Of a stretch of DNA of 64,000 bases, positions 43,247 to 53,583 are shown piece by piece. Under the pieces are notes generated by a model. The model was not told where the DNA came from and did not search any database. It saw only the letters and a program-made list of their open reading frames with translations. The stretch is from Leptolyngbyaceae cyanobacterium (GTDB lineage Bacteria > Cyanobacteriota > Cyanobacteriia > Phormidesmidales > Phormidesmidaceae), in NCBI GenBank assembly GCA_965263355.1, contig CBDHHL010000032.1:3744001-3808000 (forward strand), written 5' to 3'. The translations under genes and the position numbers were made by a program. Within the stretch, counting starts at the first letter, position 1. The number at the start of each line of letters is the position of its first letter.

Positions 43247-43286
43247 GCAGGTAAACTCTGCCCATTCTGTGGTGGGCTCACTGGGA

Positions 43287-44567
43287 CTAACGATTATTCC
43301 ATTCGTCTGCTGCGTCAGCGATGGCTTCATCCACGGTTTTGTCTTTTAGCATAGCCGCCTGCAGGTTGTCGTAGACTGCCTTTTGCAGCTTTTTAACATC
43401 TTCGAGCGCAGGAATAAGCACCTCTGCGTCGGCTAACTGGCTGGCACTGACAGCTCGGGCTACCTCAATGGGAGGGGCATCGGCGGGAGCCTCAGTTAGA
43501 GTGCTATCGACAGCGGCAGCTGTTGACGGCAATACATTGGCAGCCTGGGCAAACGATAGCTGGTTGTCATTATTAGTGACATACATGGCAAACTTTACTG
43601 CTGCATCAGGGGCATCTGTGGCACGGGGGATCACCAGGTTCATCGCCGCGACGTTTTTCTTGCCAGTTTTACCAGTAATTTGAGGGGCGGTTTTTGTAGC
43701 GGTGGCAATACTGGGGGCGTTATTGGCAATATTGTCGAGGGCCTCGGCTCCAGCGGCTAAAAAGACGGTTTCCCCTGACTGATATAGCTCGATGGCACGG
43801 CGGTGGCCTTGGGTTAACACCTCACGGGGTAACAAATCCTGCTGATAGAGATCGGTCCAATATTGAAAAACAGCTTTGCCCTCAGGGGTATTGAAGGCGG
43901 CTTTGCCGTTTTCATCTACCAGGGGTACACCCATTTGGATAAATGACTGTAGTACGTCGGCAGCGTCTTCAGGGACAAAGCTAATAAAAAATGCGTACTT
44001 GCCTGTTTTCTCTTTGATTTGTTTGGCCGCATCAGCGAGTTCGGCATAGGTGCTGGGGGGCCTGTTGATGTTTGCTTGGGCTAGTAGCTCTGTGTTGTAC
44101 AGGGTGACTCGAGTGGTCAGGTACCAGGGAAACCCAAAACTGGTGTCGTTGAGGGTGGTTGCTTGCCAAATTTTGGGCAGATAGACAGCTTGCTCTTCGG
44201 GACTGAGCTGTTCATCCAGCGATAACCAGGCATTACGACTGGCTAGCTGAGAGGCAAAGTCAGGGTTGAGGTTGACAACATCGGGGGCTGTTCCGGCGGA
44301 AACCGCTGTTAAAATTTTGCTCTGCATGTCGGCCCAGGGGATATCTACCCAAACCACATCCACATCTGGATTAGCGGCTTCAAAATCGGCAATCAGCTGG
44401 TCAAAATAGGCGGTAAATTTTGGCTGCAGTTGCATGGTCCAAAATTCGACTTCCTGTTTGCCAGACGGTTGGTTACCATCACCGCAACTTGCGATCGCAA
44501 CTAACAATCCACCAGCAGCCCAGGATGCCATCCGTGCTAAAACGTGCCGACGTTGAAACAGTTTCAT
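43287..44567 (-). CDS. Sugar ABC transporter substrate-binding lipoprotein
   Basis: Lipobox IASC, EFWTMQL, APDVVNLN; family 1 solute-binding protein. Confidence 0.88.
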   Translation of the reverse strand: MKLFQRRHVLARMASWAAGGLLVAIASCGDGNQPSGKQEVEFWTMQLQPKFTAYFDQLIADFEAANPDVDVVWVDIPWADMQSKILTAVSAGTAPDVVNLNPDFASQLASRNAWLSLDEQLSPEEQAVYLPKIWQATTLNDTSFGFPWYLTTRVTLYNTELLAQANINRPPSTYAELADAAKQIKEKTGKYAFFISFVPEDAADVLQSFIQMGVPLVDENGKAAFNTPEGKAVFQYWTDLYQQDLLPREVLTQGHRRAIELYQSGETVFLAAGAEALDNIANNAPSIATATKTAPQITGKTGKKNVAAMNLVIPRATDAPDAAVKFAMYVTNNDNQLSFAQAANVLPSTAAAVDSTLTEAPADAPPIEVARAVSASQLADAEVLIPALEDVKKLQKAVYDNLQAAMLKDKTVDEAIADAADEWNNR

Positions 44568-45181
44568 GATGATTTTCTAGTGATCAAGGAATTTTTCTAT
44601 GGATATTTTTAGCCACTCTAGACCAAGACGGTCGTGAGTGGTGCGTTACTTGATAGGGGCTTTTGAGAAAAAAACCAACTTTTTTTAGAAATTGTGTGCT
44701 CAATTTAGTCAATTGCGTGTAATATCGCTCGTAAAAAATCACATTCTTTCTCAGGGCAGATATCCTTTATTCAGGTTAAAAATGTTGAATTAAAAATACT
44801 GATGTTCAAACCTAAGGTTGAATGGCTCTAGACATTTAAAGCAGTGAACAATCTGCAATCAGCTGTCTTGAATGGATGGTAAAAGCTAATCAAGCTCTGC
44901 CTTTCAGTTACAGAGACCTTTTGTAGCCTTTGTTTTTCTGCCTTGTGTAGGTGAGAAAGATTTCAAGTTAAATAAAGTACGTTTTGTTTCCTTTTTGGGG
45001 CAGTATTAACACCAAACTCTCTATCCTTTGATAATTGCTGGCTATTCCCGCATAAATTGTGTACGATGCGTTAGCAAAAAATAGGCCCAAGTTTTCGGCC
45101 TACTAGACCAAATCAGATTAGGCTCTATGCCTAGTTCAAATTGCTTTCCATAACCGGATAACTTTGTGACCGGATAATGCT

Positions 45182-46285
45182 GTGAACAGTTTAAAGTCGC
45201 TATTTTCAAGAAAATCCCCTGGCGTCGGTGTTGAACTTACGCCTGAACGCGTCAACGTAGCCCGCATAAGAAAACAGGGGCAGAAGTTAAAGTTAGAAAC
45301 TCTTGCGTCTGCTGAGATCCCAGAGGGCATTTTTGAAGAAGGTCAAATTATCGATACGGCGGCAATGGCTGAAGCCATCCGGTCTGCTTTAACGGAAAGC
45401 AAGCTAAGGGTAAAACGGGCTACAACCGCTGTCCCTGGTCGTGCGATTACGAGAGTCATTCCGGTGCCAGCCGAGTTGGACGATAACGAACTGCGTGAGA
45501 TGGTGCTTAACCAGGAAGCCAGTTTGTACCTACCCTTTCCTCGGGAAGAGGCTGATGTCGACTATCAGAAGTTGGGTTTCTTTGTGGATGAAGACGGCAT
45601 CGAAAAAGTGCAAGTGTTGCTGGTGGCTGTCAAAAAAGAAGTTACTGACGCCTACATGGAAACCTTCCAACAGGCTGGCCTCAATTTGGATGTGGTAGAA
45701 ACCAGCAGTTTTGCATTGATTCGTACCATTCGTGAACAGTTGCGACAGTTTACGCCTCAAGAGGCCGCTGCTATTGTTGATATTCAGTTTGAAAGTACAG
45801 AAATCTCCATTGTTGTCGATGGTATTCCCCATTTCTCAAGGACGGTTCCCATTGGTACATTTCAAATTCAAAGTGCGCTTAGTCGAGCAATGAATTTGCC
45901 CCCAACCCGCAATACGGAGCTACTTCAGGGAATGACGGTGCCAGCTACGCCAATGGATAGCATGGGCGCTCCGCAAATGGCGGGAGGAACGAATCCGGGT
46001 ACAGCAGCTATGCTCAGGGTCCTAGGAGAGCTTTCTGACGAACTGCGACGCTCCATCGACTTTTACCTAAATCAAGGCGAGGACATGGAAGTAGCTCAGC
46101 TGTTGTTAGCTGGTCCTGGTAGTGCAATCGGTCAGCTGGATGAGTTCTTTGCTCAGCGTTTGAGCCTGCCGGCTAGTCCAATTGACCCAATTGAGGCGTT
46201 ATCGCTAGAGATGAGTGATGATATTTCAGAGGCTCAGCGTCCTGGGTTGGCAACAGTTCTTGGCTTGGGTTTGCGGGAGGTTTAG
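45182..46285 (+). CDS. pilM: Type IV pilus assembly protein PilM
   Basis: Actin-like fold motifs YLPFPREEADVDYQ and ELRRSIDFY; first gene of pilMNOQ. Confidence 0.95.
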   Translation: MNSLKSLFSRKSPGVGVELTPERVNVARIRKQGQKLKLETLASAEIPEGIFEEGQIIDTAAMAEAIRSALTESKLRVKRATTAVPGRAITRVIPVPAELDDNELREMVLNQEASLYLPFPREEADVDYQKLGFFVDEDGIEKVQVLLVAVKKEVTDAYMETFQQAGLNLDVVETSSFALIRTIREQLRQFTPQEAAAIVDIQFESTEISIVVDGIPHFSRTVPIGTFQIQSALSRAMNLPPTRNTELLQGMTVPATPMDSMGAPQMAGGTNPGTAAMLRVLGELSDELRRSIDFYLNQGEDMEVAQLLLAGPGSAIGQLDEFFAQRLSLPASPIDPIEALSLEMSDDISEAQRPGLATVLGLGLREV

Positions 46286-46288
46286 GCC

Positions 46289-47071
46289 ATGTATAGCATT
46301 GATATTAACTTTCTAAATGATCGAGAAGAACGCCCCGTTCTGGCTACACAGTCGTCGACAGTTGTACGACAGCCAACAGCTGATCGGACGCCAATAGCCA
46401 TTGGCCTGGGAGTTCTCATAGCGGCTCTGGCAGGTGTGGGCGGATTCTTTGGGTGGCTGAAATATGAAGAAGCCAACCTACAGCAGGAGCAAGCTGACTT
46501 GGATGCTCAGTTGATTGAATTGCAGGCCAAGCTGGATCAAGTTGAGCAAATCAAAGCTGAAACCGAAGCTGCTACTTCAGAGAGCCGCGCTTTGGCAGGG
46601 GTGTTTACTAAGATTCGCCCTTGGTCTGCCATTGTTAGTGATGTTCAAAATCGAATCCCCACCCGGACTCAGCTGTCACAAATTACCCAAACCGAAGGTA
46701 AACCTATTCCTGATGAACCGGGTGGGGAGCCTGTTGATCCGGAGGCAGGTGGTATTAGCATCGGTGGTTCTGCCTGTTCCTTTGACGATGTTAATGATTT
46801 TGTTCTGACCTTAAAAAACTCACCCTTTCTGGAAAGTGAGACCGTCAAACTAGAAACGTCTTCTCTGGGGGAAGAGGTATTAGGCCGTTGCCCAGGTGAC
46901 GCTCAGCGAGATGAACCTATGCAGCTGGTGAAATATACCATCGCTGGAAATATCAAAAATGTACCACTTGAACAATTTGATCGATTGCTGGCTGAGTTAG
47001 AAAATCAGCCAACATCTGTAGGTTTTTCCTCCAAGTTAAAAGCCCTTTTAGAGACAGGAGTGCTTGAGTAA
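46289..47071 (+). CDS. pilN: Type IV pilus assembly protein PilN
   Basis: YSIDINFL, TM plus coiled coil, WSA, F.DVNDF.L.L. Confidence 0.9.
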   Translation: MYSIDINFLNDREERPVLATQSSTVVRQPTADRTPIAIGLGVLIAALAGVGGFFGWLKYEEANLQQEQADLDAQLIELQAKLDQVEQIKAETEAATSESRALAGVFTKIRPWSAIVSDVQNRIPTRTQLSQITQTEGKPIPDEPGGEPVDPEAGGISIGGSACSFDDVNDFVLTLKNSPFLESETVKLETSSLGEEVLGRCPGDAQRDEPMQLVKYTIAGNIKNVPLEQFDRLLAELENQPTSVGFSSKLKALLETGVLE

Positions 47072-47886
47072 TGACATTAAGTGGAGATTTTATACCAGCT
47101 GAAGATGACTTATATGATGAGCCGACAAATCCTGTTGTCTTTGGTATTGAACTGACTCCCAGAATTTTGGGCATTTTGGCGGCATTGGCTGGCATTGGTC
47201 TGGCCATATTTTTGTTCCAAAGGTTTGTGCAGCCTGTGCGTCAAAGTAATCAAGCTCTTAAGGCAGACATTGAGGAGAAAAGAGACCAGCTGGCTAATCA
47301 GGCCCAGAGACTAGAGGAAATCTCCAAGCTTGAAGAGGCCCGAGATGCCGCTCTTGTTCAGCGTCGTAATGTTTATGCGTTGTTTGCAGATGACTCGTCT
47401 ATGGATACTCTGCTGTTGGATATTAATCAGCGGATAGAGAATAGTAATGCCACTATTGCGGAGCGGCGTAATCAAATTGCATCTCGCGGTATTCCGCCAA
47501 TTTTGGTGGAGGCACAACTGAAAAGTTTTGAACCTAGTGAAGAGGCTTTGGTTGACGATGACAGTTTAGGGGAAGAGGTGAATGGTCTGCTCAAACGTCA
47601 AACCTACAACGTGGACTTTGAGGGAGAATTTGCCCAGACTCAGTCGATTCTCGCTAATATTGAGCGTTTAGAGCCGTTACTATTGCTAAAAAACTTTTCC
47701 TTGTCATCAGCTGAAACAGTTAATGAAACTGTTCTCAATGCCCAAGGTCAGGTTGTACCGCAGCCCAAGGAACGCATAAATTCCAGATTTGAAATAGATG
47801 CCCTGATTCCGATTGGTGATCCCAGTGTGCCACCTGAAGTTGAGCCACCACCAGCACCTGAAGGTGAAGAGGCTGAGGGAGGTTAA
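47071..47886 (+). CDS. pilO: Type IV pilus assembly protein PilO
   Basis: TM plus coiled coil, DTLLLDIN, G.F.QTQSI..NIERL; operon position. Confidence 0.88.
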   Translation: MTLSGDFIPAEDDLYDEPTNPVVFGIELTPRILGILAALAGIGLAIFLFQRFVQPVRQSNQALKADIEEKRDQLANQAQRLEEISKLEEARDAALVQRRNVYALFADDSSMDTLLLDINQRIENSNATIAERRNQIASRGIPPILVEAQLKSFEPSEEALVDDDSLGEEVNGLLKRQTYNVDFEGEFAQTQSILANIERLEPLLLLKNFSLSSAETVNETVLNAQGQVVPQPKERINSRFEIDALIPIGDPSVPPEVEPPPAPEGEEAEGG

Positions 47887-47989
47887 GAGATGACGGCCTA
47901 ACTATGATTAGCATGTAGACTCTGTTCAACATTTCCGAGATTTCATCCCCAGGCATTGACGTACGCTAACTAAGATTAAGGAGTGAACT

Positions 47990-50077
47990 GTGAAACGCTT
48001 TTTCAAACTAGGAAGTTTAATTGCTGGCGGAGCCCTGAGCGTTCTCACAGCTCAGTCCGCTGAAGCCGCTGCTACAGCCATTCAAAACGTTGAACTTAAT
48101 TCAACGAAGACTGGCATAGAGCTGTTGCTTTCGACCAAAGGCGGCGATAGTCCGCAGATCTTTGCCGTTAATCGCGACAATGTTTTGCAGGCGGATATTA
48201 CCAATGCTCAGTTGGCGTTGCCTCACAGTAAAAATTACAGCAAGCAAAACCCTGCGCCTACTATCAAATCAATTGAGCTAGAGGCCCTTGGCAGCAATAC
48301 GGTGCGTCTGACCATCAAGGGCATCGATAAGGCTCCAATTGTTGATTTGCAAAAAGTAGATGGGCAGGGCCTTTTGGTTAGCCTGGATACTCGGCCTAAT
48401 GCTGTTTCTAAACCAAGTGAGATTCCTGACACAATTCAAACGGTCACTGATAGAACTCTGCTAGCAGATTATATTGCCCAGGCAGAGACGGATGCGCCCG
48501 AGACAGATGCTCCGGATGTACTAGTCCCTAATCCGGAAGTGATTATCGATGGCGAGCCAGTGGCAGCTCCCACATTGAATACTGCTCCGCCATTTTTACC
48601 GCAAGCTGTGGCACCTCCAGTGGGAGATATTGCGGTTTCTGAAGTGAATGCCGGCTTAGATGTAATTGACTTAGGGACAGCTGAGCGCGTGCCTCGTCTG
48701 GTCCTTAGGGATGCGACGGCTCGTGAAGCGCTCTCCTTGCTCGCCCGTGCTGCGGGGCTGAATCTTGCCTTTACTGAAGCTGGTGTAGAGGGGGAAGCTT
48801 CTGCTGCTAACACAAAGGTGACTCTGGATATTGAGGATGAGCCAGTCCAAAACGTCTTTAATTACGTTTTGCAAATTTCTGGATTAGAGGCTAATCGAGT
48901 TGGCAGAACGATTTTTGTTGGACCTCGATTACCTCAAGCGGCCCGTAATGTAACCATACGTAGCGTTCGTCTCAACCAGGTGGATGTGGCTACGGCGATT
49001 AATTTCTTGGTATTTATGGGGGCTGAGAGTGCATTTACCGATCAGCAGGAAATTACTGAAGTTGTGGCAACTACTGATGTCGGTGAGGTCGAGGAAGTTG
49101 AAAGGACTGAACTAGAAACCAATGTTGAAGTGCTGCGGGCTGAGTATGAAGATTCTTTACCGTTGCTACGGGGGTTAGAGGTGATTGGTGATGAACGAAC
49201 CAGCTCAGTGACTTTGGTCGGTACACCACGCCAGGTAGAAATTGCTACTTCTCAGCTTGTACAGCTAGATTTACGTCGTCGTCAGGTGGCTATCAATGTG
49301 CGGGTTATTGATGTGGATCTGAATGCAACAGAGGCTTTCAGTGCAGGGTTCTCATTTGGTGATGGCGAGCTAGCGACAGATAATATTGGTTTTAGGGAAG
49401 ATGGCTCTTTCGTAGGGAATGGGGCCTTTAACTTTTCTATCAATAGCTTACTGAGTATTCCCGAACAATTTCTTTTAGATATTGAAGCCTCTATCCAAAA
49501 TCGGAATGCAAAAATCATTACTGACCCTACGCTGATTGTTCAAGAGGGGCAAGATGCAGCTATATCATTGGTTGAGCAGGTTGTAAACAGTGTGACGGTG
49601 ACATTTACAGATACTGATGCAGGTACTCGTGAAACCCGGACGATTAACTTTGAAGATGTAGGTCTAAACTTGGCCATTAATATTGATCGTATTGATGATA
49701 ATGGTTTTGTTAATTTGGCTGTAGCACCGACGATCTCATCGCCGCTAGCTCCAATTACATTTGACGATGGTGGTTTTGTAACTCCGATTACAACACGGGC
49801 GCTCTCCTCTGGACTTATTCGAGTGCGTGATGGCCAGACCTTAGTGTTGTCCGGTATTATTCAGGAAACAGATCAAGTTTCAGTTGATAAAGTACCAATT
49901 TTGGGCGATCTACCAATTATTGGTGCACTCTTCCGTTCCACCAGTAATCAGGATGAGCGTCGTGAGTTGATTGTTCTGCTCACTCCACAAATTTTGGATG
50001 ATTCTGACGAAAGTATCTTTGGGTATAGCTATACACCTGGGGAAGATGTTCGAGAGCTATTAGGAGAAGAGGAGTAA
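47990..50077 (+). CDS. pilQ: Type IV pilus secretin PilQ (AMIN domain)
   Basis: Signal peptide, AMIN domain, secretin signature KVPILGDLPIIGALFRS. Confidence 0.95.
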   Translation: MKRFFKLGSLIAGGALSVLTAQSAEAAATAIQNVELNSTKTGIELLLSTKGGDSPQIFAVNRDNVLQADITNAQLALPHSKNYSKQNPAPTIKSIELEALGSNTVRLTIKGIDKAPIVDLQKVDGQGLLVSLDTRPNAVSKPSEIPDTIQTVTDRTLLADYIAQAETDAPETDAPDVLVPNPEVIIDGEPVAAPTLNTAPPFLPQAVAPPVGDIAVSEVNAGLDVIDLGTAERVPRLVLRDATAREALSLLARAAGLNLAFTEAGVEGEASAANTKVTLDIEDEPVQNVFNYVLQISGLEANRVGRTIFVGPRLPQAARNVTIRSVRLNQVDVATAINFLVFMGAESAFTDQQEITEVVATTDVGEVEEVERTELETNVEVLRAEYEDSLPLLRGLEVIGDERTSSVTLVGTPRQVEIATSQLVQLDLRRRQVAINVRVIDVDLNATEAFSAGFSFGDGELATDNIGFREDGSFVGNGAFNFSINSLLSIPEQFLLDIEASIQNRNAKIITDPTLIVQEGQDAAISLVEQVVNSVTVTFTDTDAGTRETRTINFEDVGLNLAINIDRIDDNGFVNLAVAPTISSPLAPITFDDGGFVTPITTRALSSGLIRVRDGQTLVLSGIIQETDQVSVDKVPILGDLPIIGALFRSTSNQDERRELIVLLTPQILDDSDESIFGYSYTPGEDVRELLGEEE

Positions 50078-50103
50078 GTTCCGTTAGTCTCTGTAACAAT
50101 TGT

Positions 50104-50150
50104 AAAAACCTCTGGAAATTCTTCTGATAAGGGATTTTTAGAGGTTTTTA
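50104..50150 (+). terminator. Terminator hairpin after pilQ
   Basis: AAAAACCTCT...AGAGGTTTTT imperfect stem. Confidence 0.65.
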
Positions 50151-50389
50151 AATGCTGAGCATATATTTTGTAAGGATGGATCCTATGAATTTTCCTAAAA
50201 ATCGCTGAAATCCATATAAATTCGATGTTTTATAGATCCATATTGGTAAAGTAGCCCTTAGAATAAGGCAGGTAAAACATGAGGCCTCAGGGGTTTCAGC
50301 GATCTGTTGAGATTTTCCTTATGTTTTTGGCTTGTTGTCCAACCATGGGCATGGTTCATTCATTGGTTTTAATCTGCGAGGAGACGAAG

Positions 50390-50668
50390 ATGAATAAAGG
50401 TGAACTTGTGGACAAGGTGTCTGAAAAGGCCTCGGTTACTAAGAAGCAGGCTGATGCAGTCATCTCTGCGGCAATTGAGTCCATTATGGAAGCTGTTTCC
50501 AGTGGTGAAAAGGTAACTCTGGTAGGGTTCGGTTCTTTTGAGCCCCGGCATCGCAAAGAGCGGGAAGGTCGTAATCCTAAGACTGGCGATACTATGGTGA
50601 TTCCAGCGACTACTGTGCCTGCTTTTTCAGCTGGTAAGTTATTTAAGGAAATGGTGGCTAAAAAGTAA
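50390..50668 (+). CDS. hup: DNA-binding protein HU
   Basis: MNKGELV, LVGFGSF, GRNPKTG, PAFSAGK. GAGGAG RBS before ATG 50390. Confidence 0.97.
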   Translation: MNKGELVDKVSEKASVTKKQADAVISAAIESIMEAVSSGEKVTLVGFGSFEPRHRKEREGRNPKTGDTMVIPATTVPAFSAGKLFKEMVAKK

Positions 50669-50867
50669 GCTACTACGGTGTACTTAGACAAATAGTGTCG
50701 CTACGACTCTTGAGTATTAGAGGTGTTCTGTCTTGGAAGTTTTCCATGGGAGCACTTCGTGGTGTGTCTAGAGGTAGCGACACTTCTTTGTATAGGGGAT
50801 GCGCTACTTTACTCATGAACGTTATGAAAGCAGCCCATCAATTGACTGCTCATAGCTTGGTGGCAAC

Positions 50868-52187
50868 ATGGCAAATTATGAGGCCGACTACGATTTAGTG
50901 ATTTTAGGGGGCAGTATGGGCAGTCGACTTGCTGCCTGCATGGCTGTTCAGAGAGGGGCTCGTGTTGCTCTTGTTGCCCCTAATTGGCAAGTTGATGACG
51001 CGACACGTTATACCTTACAGGGGCTTTGTAGTGCTCAGTGGCGCTTAGATCCGGTGTTAGATTGGTCTTTTTTGCAAGATTGGGTTCAGCATCAATGTAA
51101 ATATTCGGCTCTTTCTCCAGCCGTGCTTAACCATCAAGGAATTGATGTGATTCTTGAACCGGCTAGCTTTACCCGAGATCGACACCTAAAGCTAGAGAAT
51201 CGCTATCTAAAGGCTAGTCGTTATTTATTAACCGATGGTTACAACCCATCGTCTAACATTGCTGGTTATCCATGTCATCAGTTGGTACAGCTTGAGACAT
51301 TGCCTAATCGTATCGCTGTGATGGGTCATGGTGCAGCGGTTGTTGAGTGGGCCTATGCCCTCAGCTTTAGAGCGACGGTCATACTTATATTGTTAGATCC
51401 GGTACTGTTGCCAGCAGAAGATCAAGATATTCAACGGCTAGTCGAAGCTCAGCTACGGAGTTTAGGGATTGAGATAGCTTTTGGGCAGGATGATGCAGGC
51501 GCTGATGGCTCTCGGCTTGAGGGTGGGATCGCTGATGGGGAAACGCTACTGATGCATGTGCCTATGCCCTATGACTGGGCGAACCTATCTCTAGAGAACA
51601 TTGGTATTTCTTCAGGAACGCCGATTACAGTAAATCCATATCTGCAAACTCGCTGCCCTCACGTTTATGTCAGTGGTGGTAGTCAGGGAGGAGAGAATCG
51701 CCTTGAGTTGACCCTGCAAGAAACGTTAATTGCATTAGAAAACGCACTGTTTAGCCGACGGCATGTCATGCGCTACGGACAGGCGTTTTATTCACTTAAC
51801 CTCTTGTCTACCATCGGCCACTGGGGGGTAACAGAGCGCCAATCTAGGCGATGCTATGGTTGTGATGTGCAGGTGTTTCAGGCGTCTTGTTTACCACAGA
51901 TGGCCGCAAAGGTTGCCCAGACTAACTTTTGCAAACTGATTGCTCAGGGGCAACGCATCATTGGTCTGCATCTAATGGGAGACGGTGCTGCTGGCTTAGT
52001 AGCTGCACTGGGAAAAAGCCCTGATATCCAGACATTAAGTCGATTGGTAATGGCTAGGTTTCAACCTGGTACGTTGCAAGATGCTATTTATCAAGCGATC
52101 GCAAAATGGCAACAAACTCGTTGGCAAGAAGGCCAGTGGCGACGGGATTGGGCCGAAAATTGGTTTAATTTTCGCCGTTCCTTGTAA
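50868..52187 (+). CDS. Degenerate FAD-dependent pyridine nucleotide-disulfide oxidoreductase homolog
   Basis: YDLVILGG, VNPYLQT..PHVY, C-terminal dimerisation region and W...W.ENWFN tail. No CxxxxC motif. Confidence 0.75.
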   Translation: MANYEADYDLVILGGSMGSRLAACMAVQRGARVALVAPNWQVDDATRYTLQGLCSAQWRLDPVLDWSFLQDWVQHQCKYSALSPAVLNHQGIDVILEPASFTRDRHLKLENRYLKASRYLLTDGYNPSSNIAGYPCHQLVQLETLPNRIAVMGHGAAVVEWAYALSFRATVILILLDPVLLPAEDQDIQRLVEAQLRSLGIEIAFGQDDAGADGSRLEGGIADGETLLMHVPMPYDWANLSLENIGISSGTPITVNPYLQTRCPHVYVSGGSQGGENRLELTLQETLIALENALFSRRHVMRYGQAFYSLNLLSTIGHWGVTERQSRRCYGCDVQVFQASCLPQMAAKVAQTNFCKLIAQGQRIIGLHLMGDGAAGLVAALGKSPDIQTLSRLVMARFQPGTLQDAIYQAIAKWQQTRWQEGQWRRDWAENWFNFRRSL

Positions 52188-52212
52188 AGATGTTCCATGG
52201 AACATGTCTACA
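52183..52212. repeat. REP-like palindrome
   Basis: TGTAAAGATGTTCCATGGAACATGTCTACA; shares the TTCCATGGAA core with 40259-40292. Confidence 0.7.
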
Positions 52213-52226
52213 GGGAGCGATAGGGA

Positions 52227-52820
52227 TTAAACCCTGGCCAGGGTAACCATTTCTGACTGGTCTTGATATTTACCCTGGCGAGTTTCATAGCTGACTTGGC
52301 AGGGTTCACCTTCTAAAAATAAGAGCTGGACCACGCCCTCGTTGGCATAGATACGACAGTCCGCACTAGAGGAGTTAGAAAATTCTAGGGTTAGATACCC
52401 CCGCCAGCCAGCTTCTGCTGGTGTCAGATTAGCAATAATGCCACAGCGGGCGTAGGTGCTTTTGCCAATACAAATAGTTGTAATGTTATCGGGAATAGCT
52501 AAGCGTTCTAGAGCTACACCTAAACCATAGGAATGGGCAGGCAAAATAAAATAACTGCCATAGTCATCGCTTTGTAATTGGGTGAGTTCCAGGTTGTCAG
52601 GATTAAAGTGCTTGGGGTCGATGACCGTACCTGGTACATGACGGAAAATCCGAAATTCTTTTGGTGATAGGCGAATATCGTAACCAAAGGAAGATAGCCC
52701 ATAGCTAATGACGGGTACGTTGACTCCATTGATGTCCATACGCCGCACTAATTTGGGCTCAAAGGGAGTAATCATACCCTCATGGGCCATGGTATTGATC
52801 CAAGCATCATTTTTGATCAT
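52227..52820 (-). CDS. dcd: dCTP deaminase
   Basis: ISYGLSSFGYDIRL, GKSTYARCG, TPAEAGW.G.LTLE, GKYQ.Q. Confidence 0.95.
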   Translation of the reverse strand: MIKNDAWINTMAHEGMITPFEPKLVRRMDINGVNVPVISYGLSSFGYDIRLSPKEFRIFRHVPGTVIDPKHFNPDNLELTQLQSDDYGSYFILPAHSYGLGVALERLAIPDNITTICIGKSTYARCGIIANLTPAEAGWRGYLTLEFSNSSSADCRIYANEGVVQLLFLEGEPCQVSYETRQGKYQDQSEMVTLARV

Positions 52821-52843
52821 TGCTTATGACTCACGATGATTAA

Positions 52844-52933
52844 GGCCCCACGGCCAGCAATCTGGCCCCACGGCCAGCAATCTGGCCCCATGGCCAGCAA
52901 TCTGGCCCCATGGCCAGCAATCTGGCCCCATGG
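52844..52933. repeat. Tandem repeat, 4.5 x 20 bp
   Basis: GGCCCCAYGGCCAGCAATCT starting at 52844, 52864, 52884 and 52904, with a partial copy at 52924. Confidence 0.97.
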
Positions 52934-52934
52934 T

Positions 52935-53534
52935 CTAAGGTAAAAACTCTCGACGAAATTCAGTCACCTGATCGGCCATCGACAAAATTGAGTATGGCAT
53001 TTTAGGCCCTGTCAAAATGATATCCATTTGGGAGGGGCGCTGTTTTAATAGGTCCAATACTTCAGTTTCTGGAATTAAACCGTAATCAATGGCTAGGCTC
53101 AGTTCATCTAACATCACGAGGCCGTATTGTTCGGTCTTTACTACTGATTTTACATAGGACCATAGCTCACTCACGGCGGTTTGAGCGTCGTTTGTATTTT
53201 CAAAAATACAACCACAATAACTGCAGCGTACCCAATCTAAGTTTTGACCCATATGAGTCATATGGCCTGGGCCTTGGTTAATCCCCCCTTTGAGAAATTG
53301 GGCGACAAGCACAGCCATACCCTGATCAGCGGAGCGCAGGGCCTGGACCATAACATTGGTGAAAAAACTACGGTGAACAGAGGTGAAGACCCTCAGTGAC
53401 CCCTCAAGTGCCTGTAAAAAAGGATGGCGTTCACTTTTGGCGAGATTAGGAGAGGCACTAGGGGCAGATAATGTTTGGGATGGAGTTCGGGATGGTCGGC
53501 GGGTATGGTGTTCTACCCTCAGCTGTTGAACCAT
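52935..53534 (-). CDS. Cob(I)alamin adenosyltransferase (CobO/BtuR)-like P-loop protein
   Basis: QFLKGG, LDELSLAI..GLI, DIILTG, ADQVTE. The Walker A region is degenerate. Confidence 0.8.
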   Translation of the reverse strand: MVQQLRVEHHTRRPSRTPSQTLSAPSASPNLAKSERHPFLQALEGSLRVFTSVHRSFFTNVMVQALRSADQGMAVLVAQFLKGGINQGPGHMTHMGQNLDWVRCSYCGCIFENTNDAQTAVSELWSYVKSVVKTEQYGLVMLDELSLAIDYGLIPETEVLDLLKQRPSQMDIILTGPKMPYSILSMADQVTEFRREFLP

Positions 53535-53538
53535 AAAA

Positions 53539-53583
53539 CGCTATGCGTAGTGGTATGTTCTCAGTAGAGCCCTAAATATAGCG
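53539..53583 (-). promoter_or_regulatory. Putative tandem NrdR boxes
   Basis: CGCTATGCGTAGTG (53539-53552) and CCCTAAATATAGCG (53570-53583), 31 bp apart, immediately upstream of the cobO-like/dcd operon. Confidence 0.55.

Noticed and set aside
52844..52933. Possible CRISPR array
   Set aside because: The repeats are contiguous with no unique spacers, and there are no cas genes in the window.
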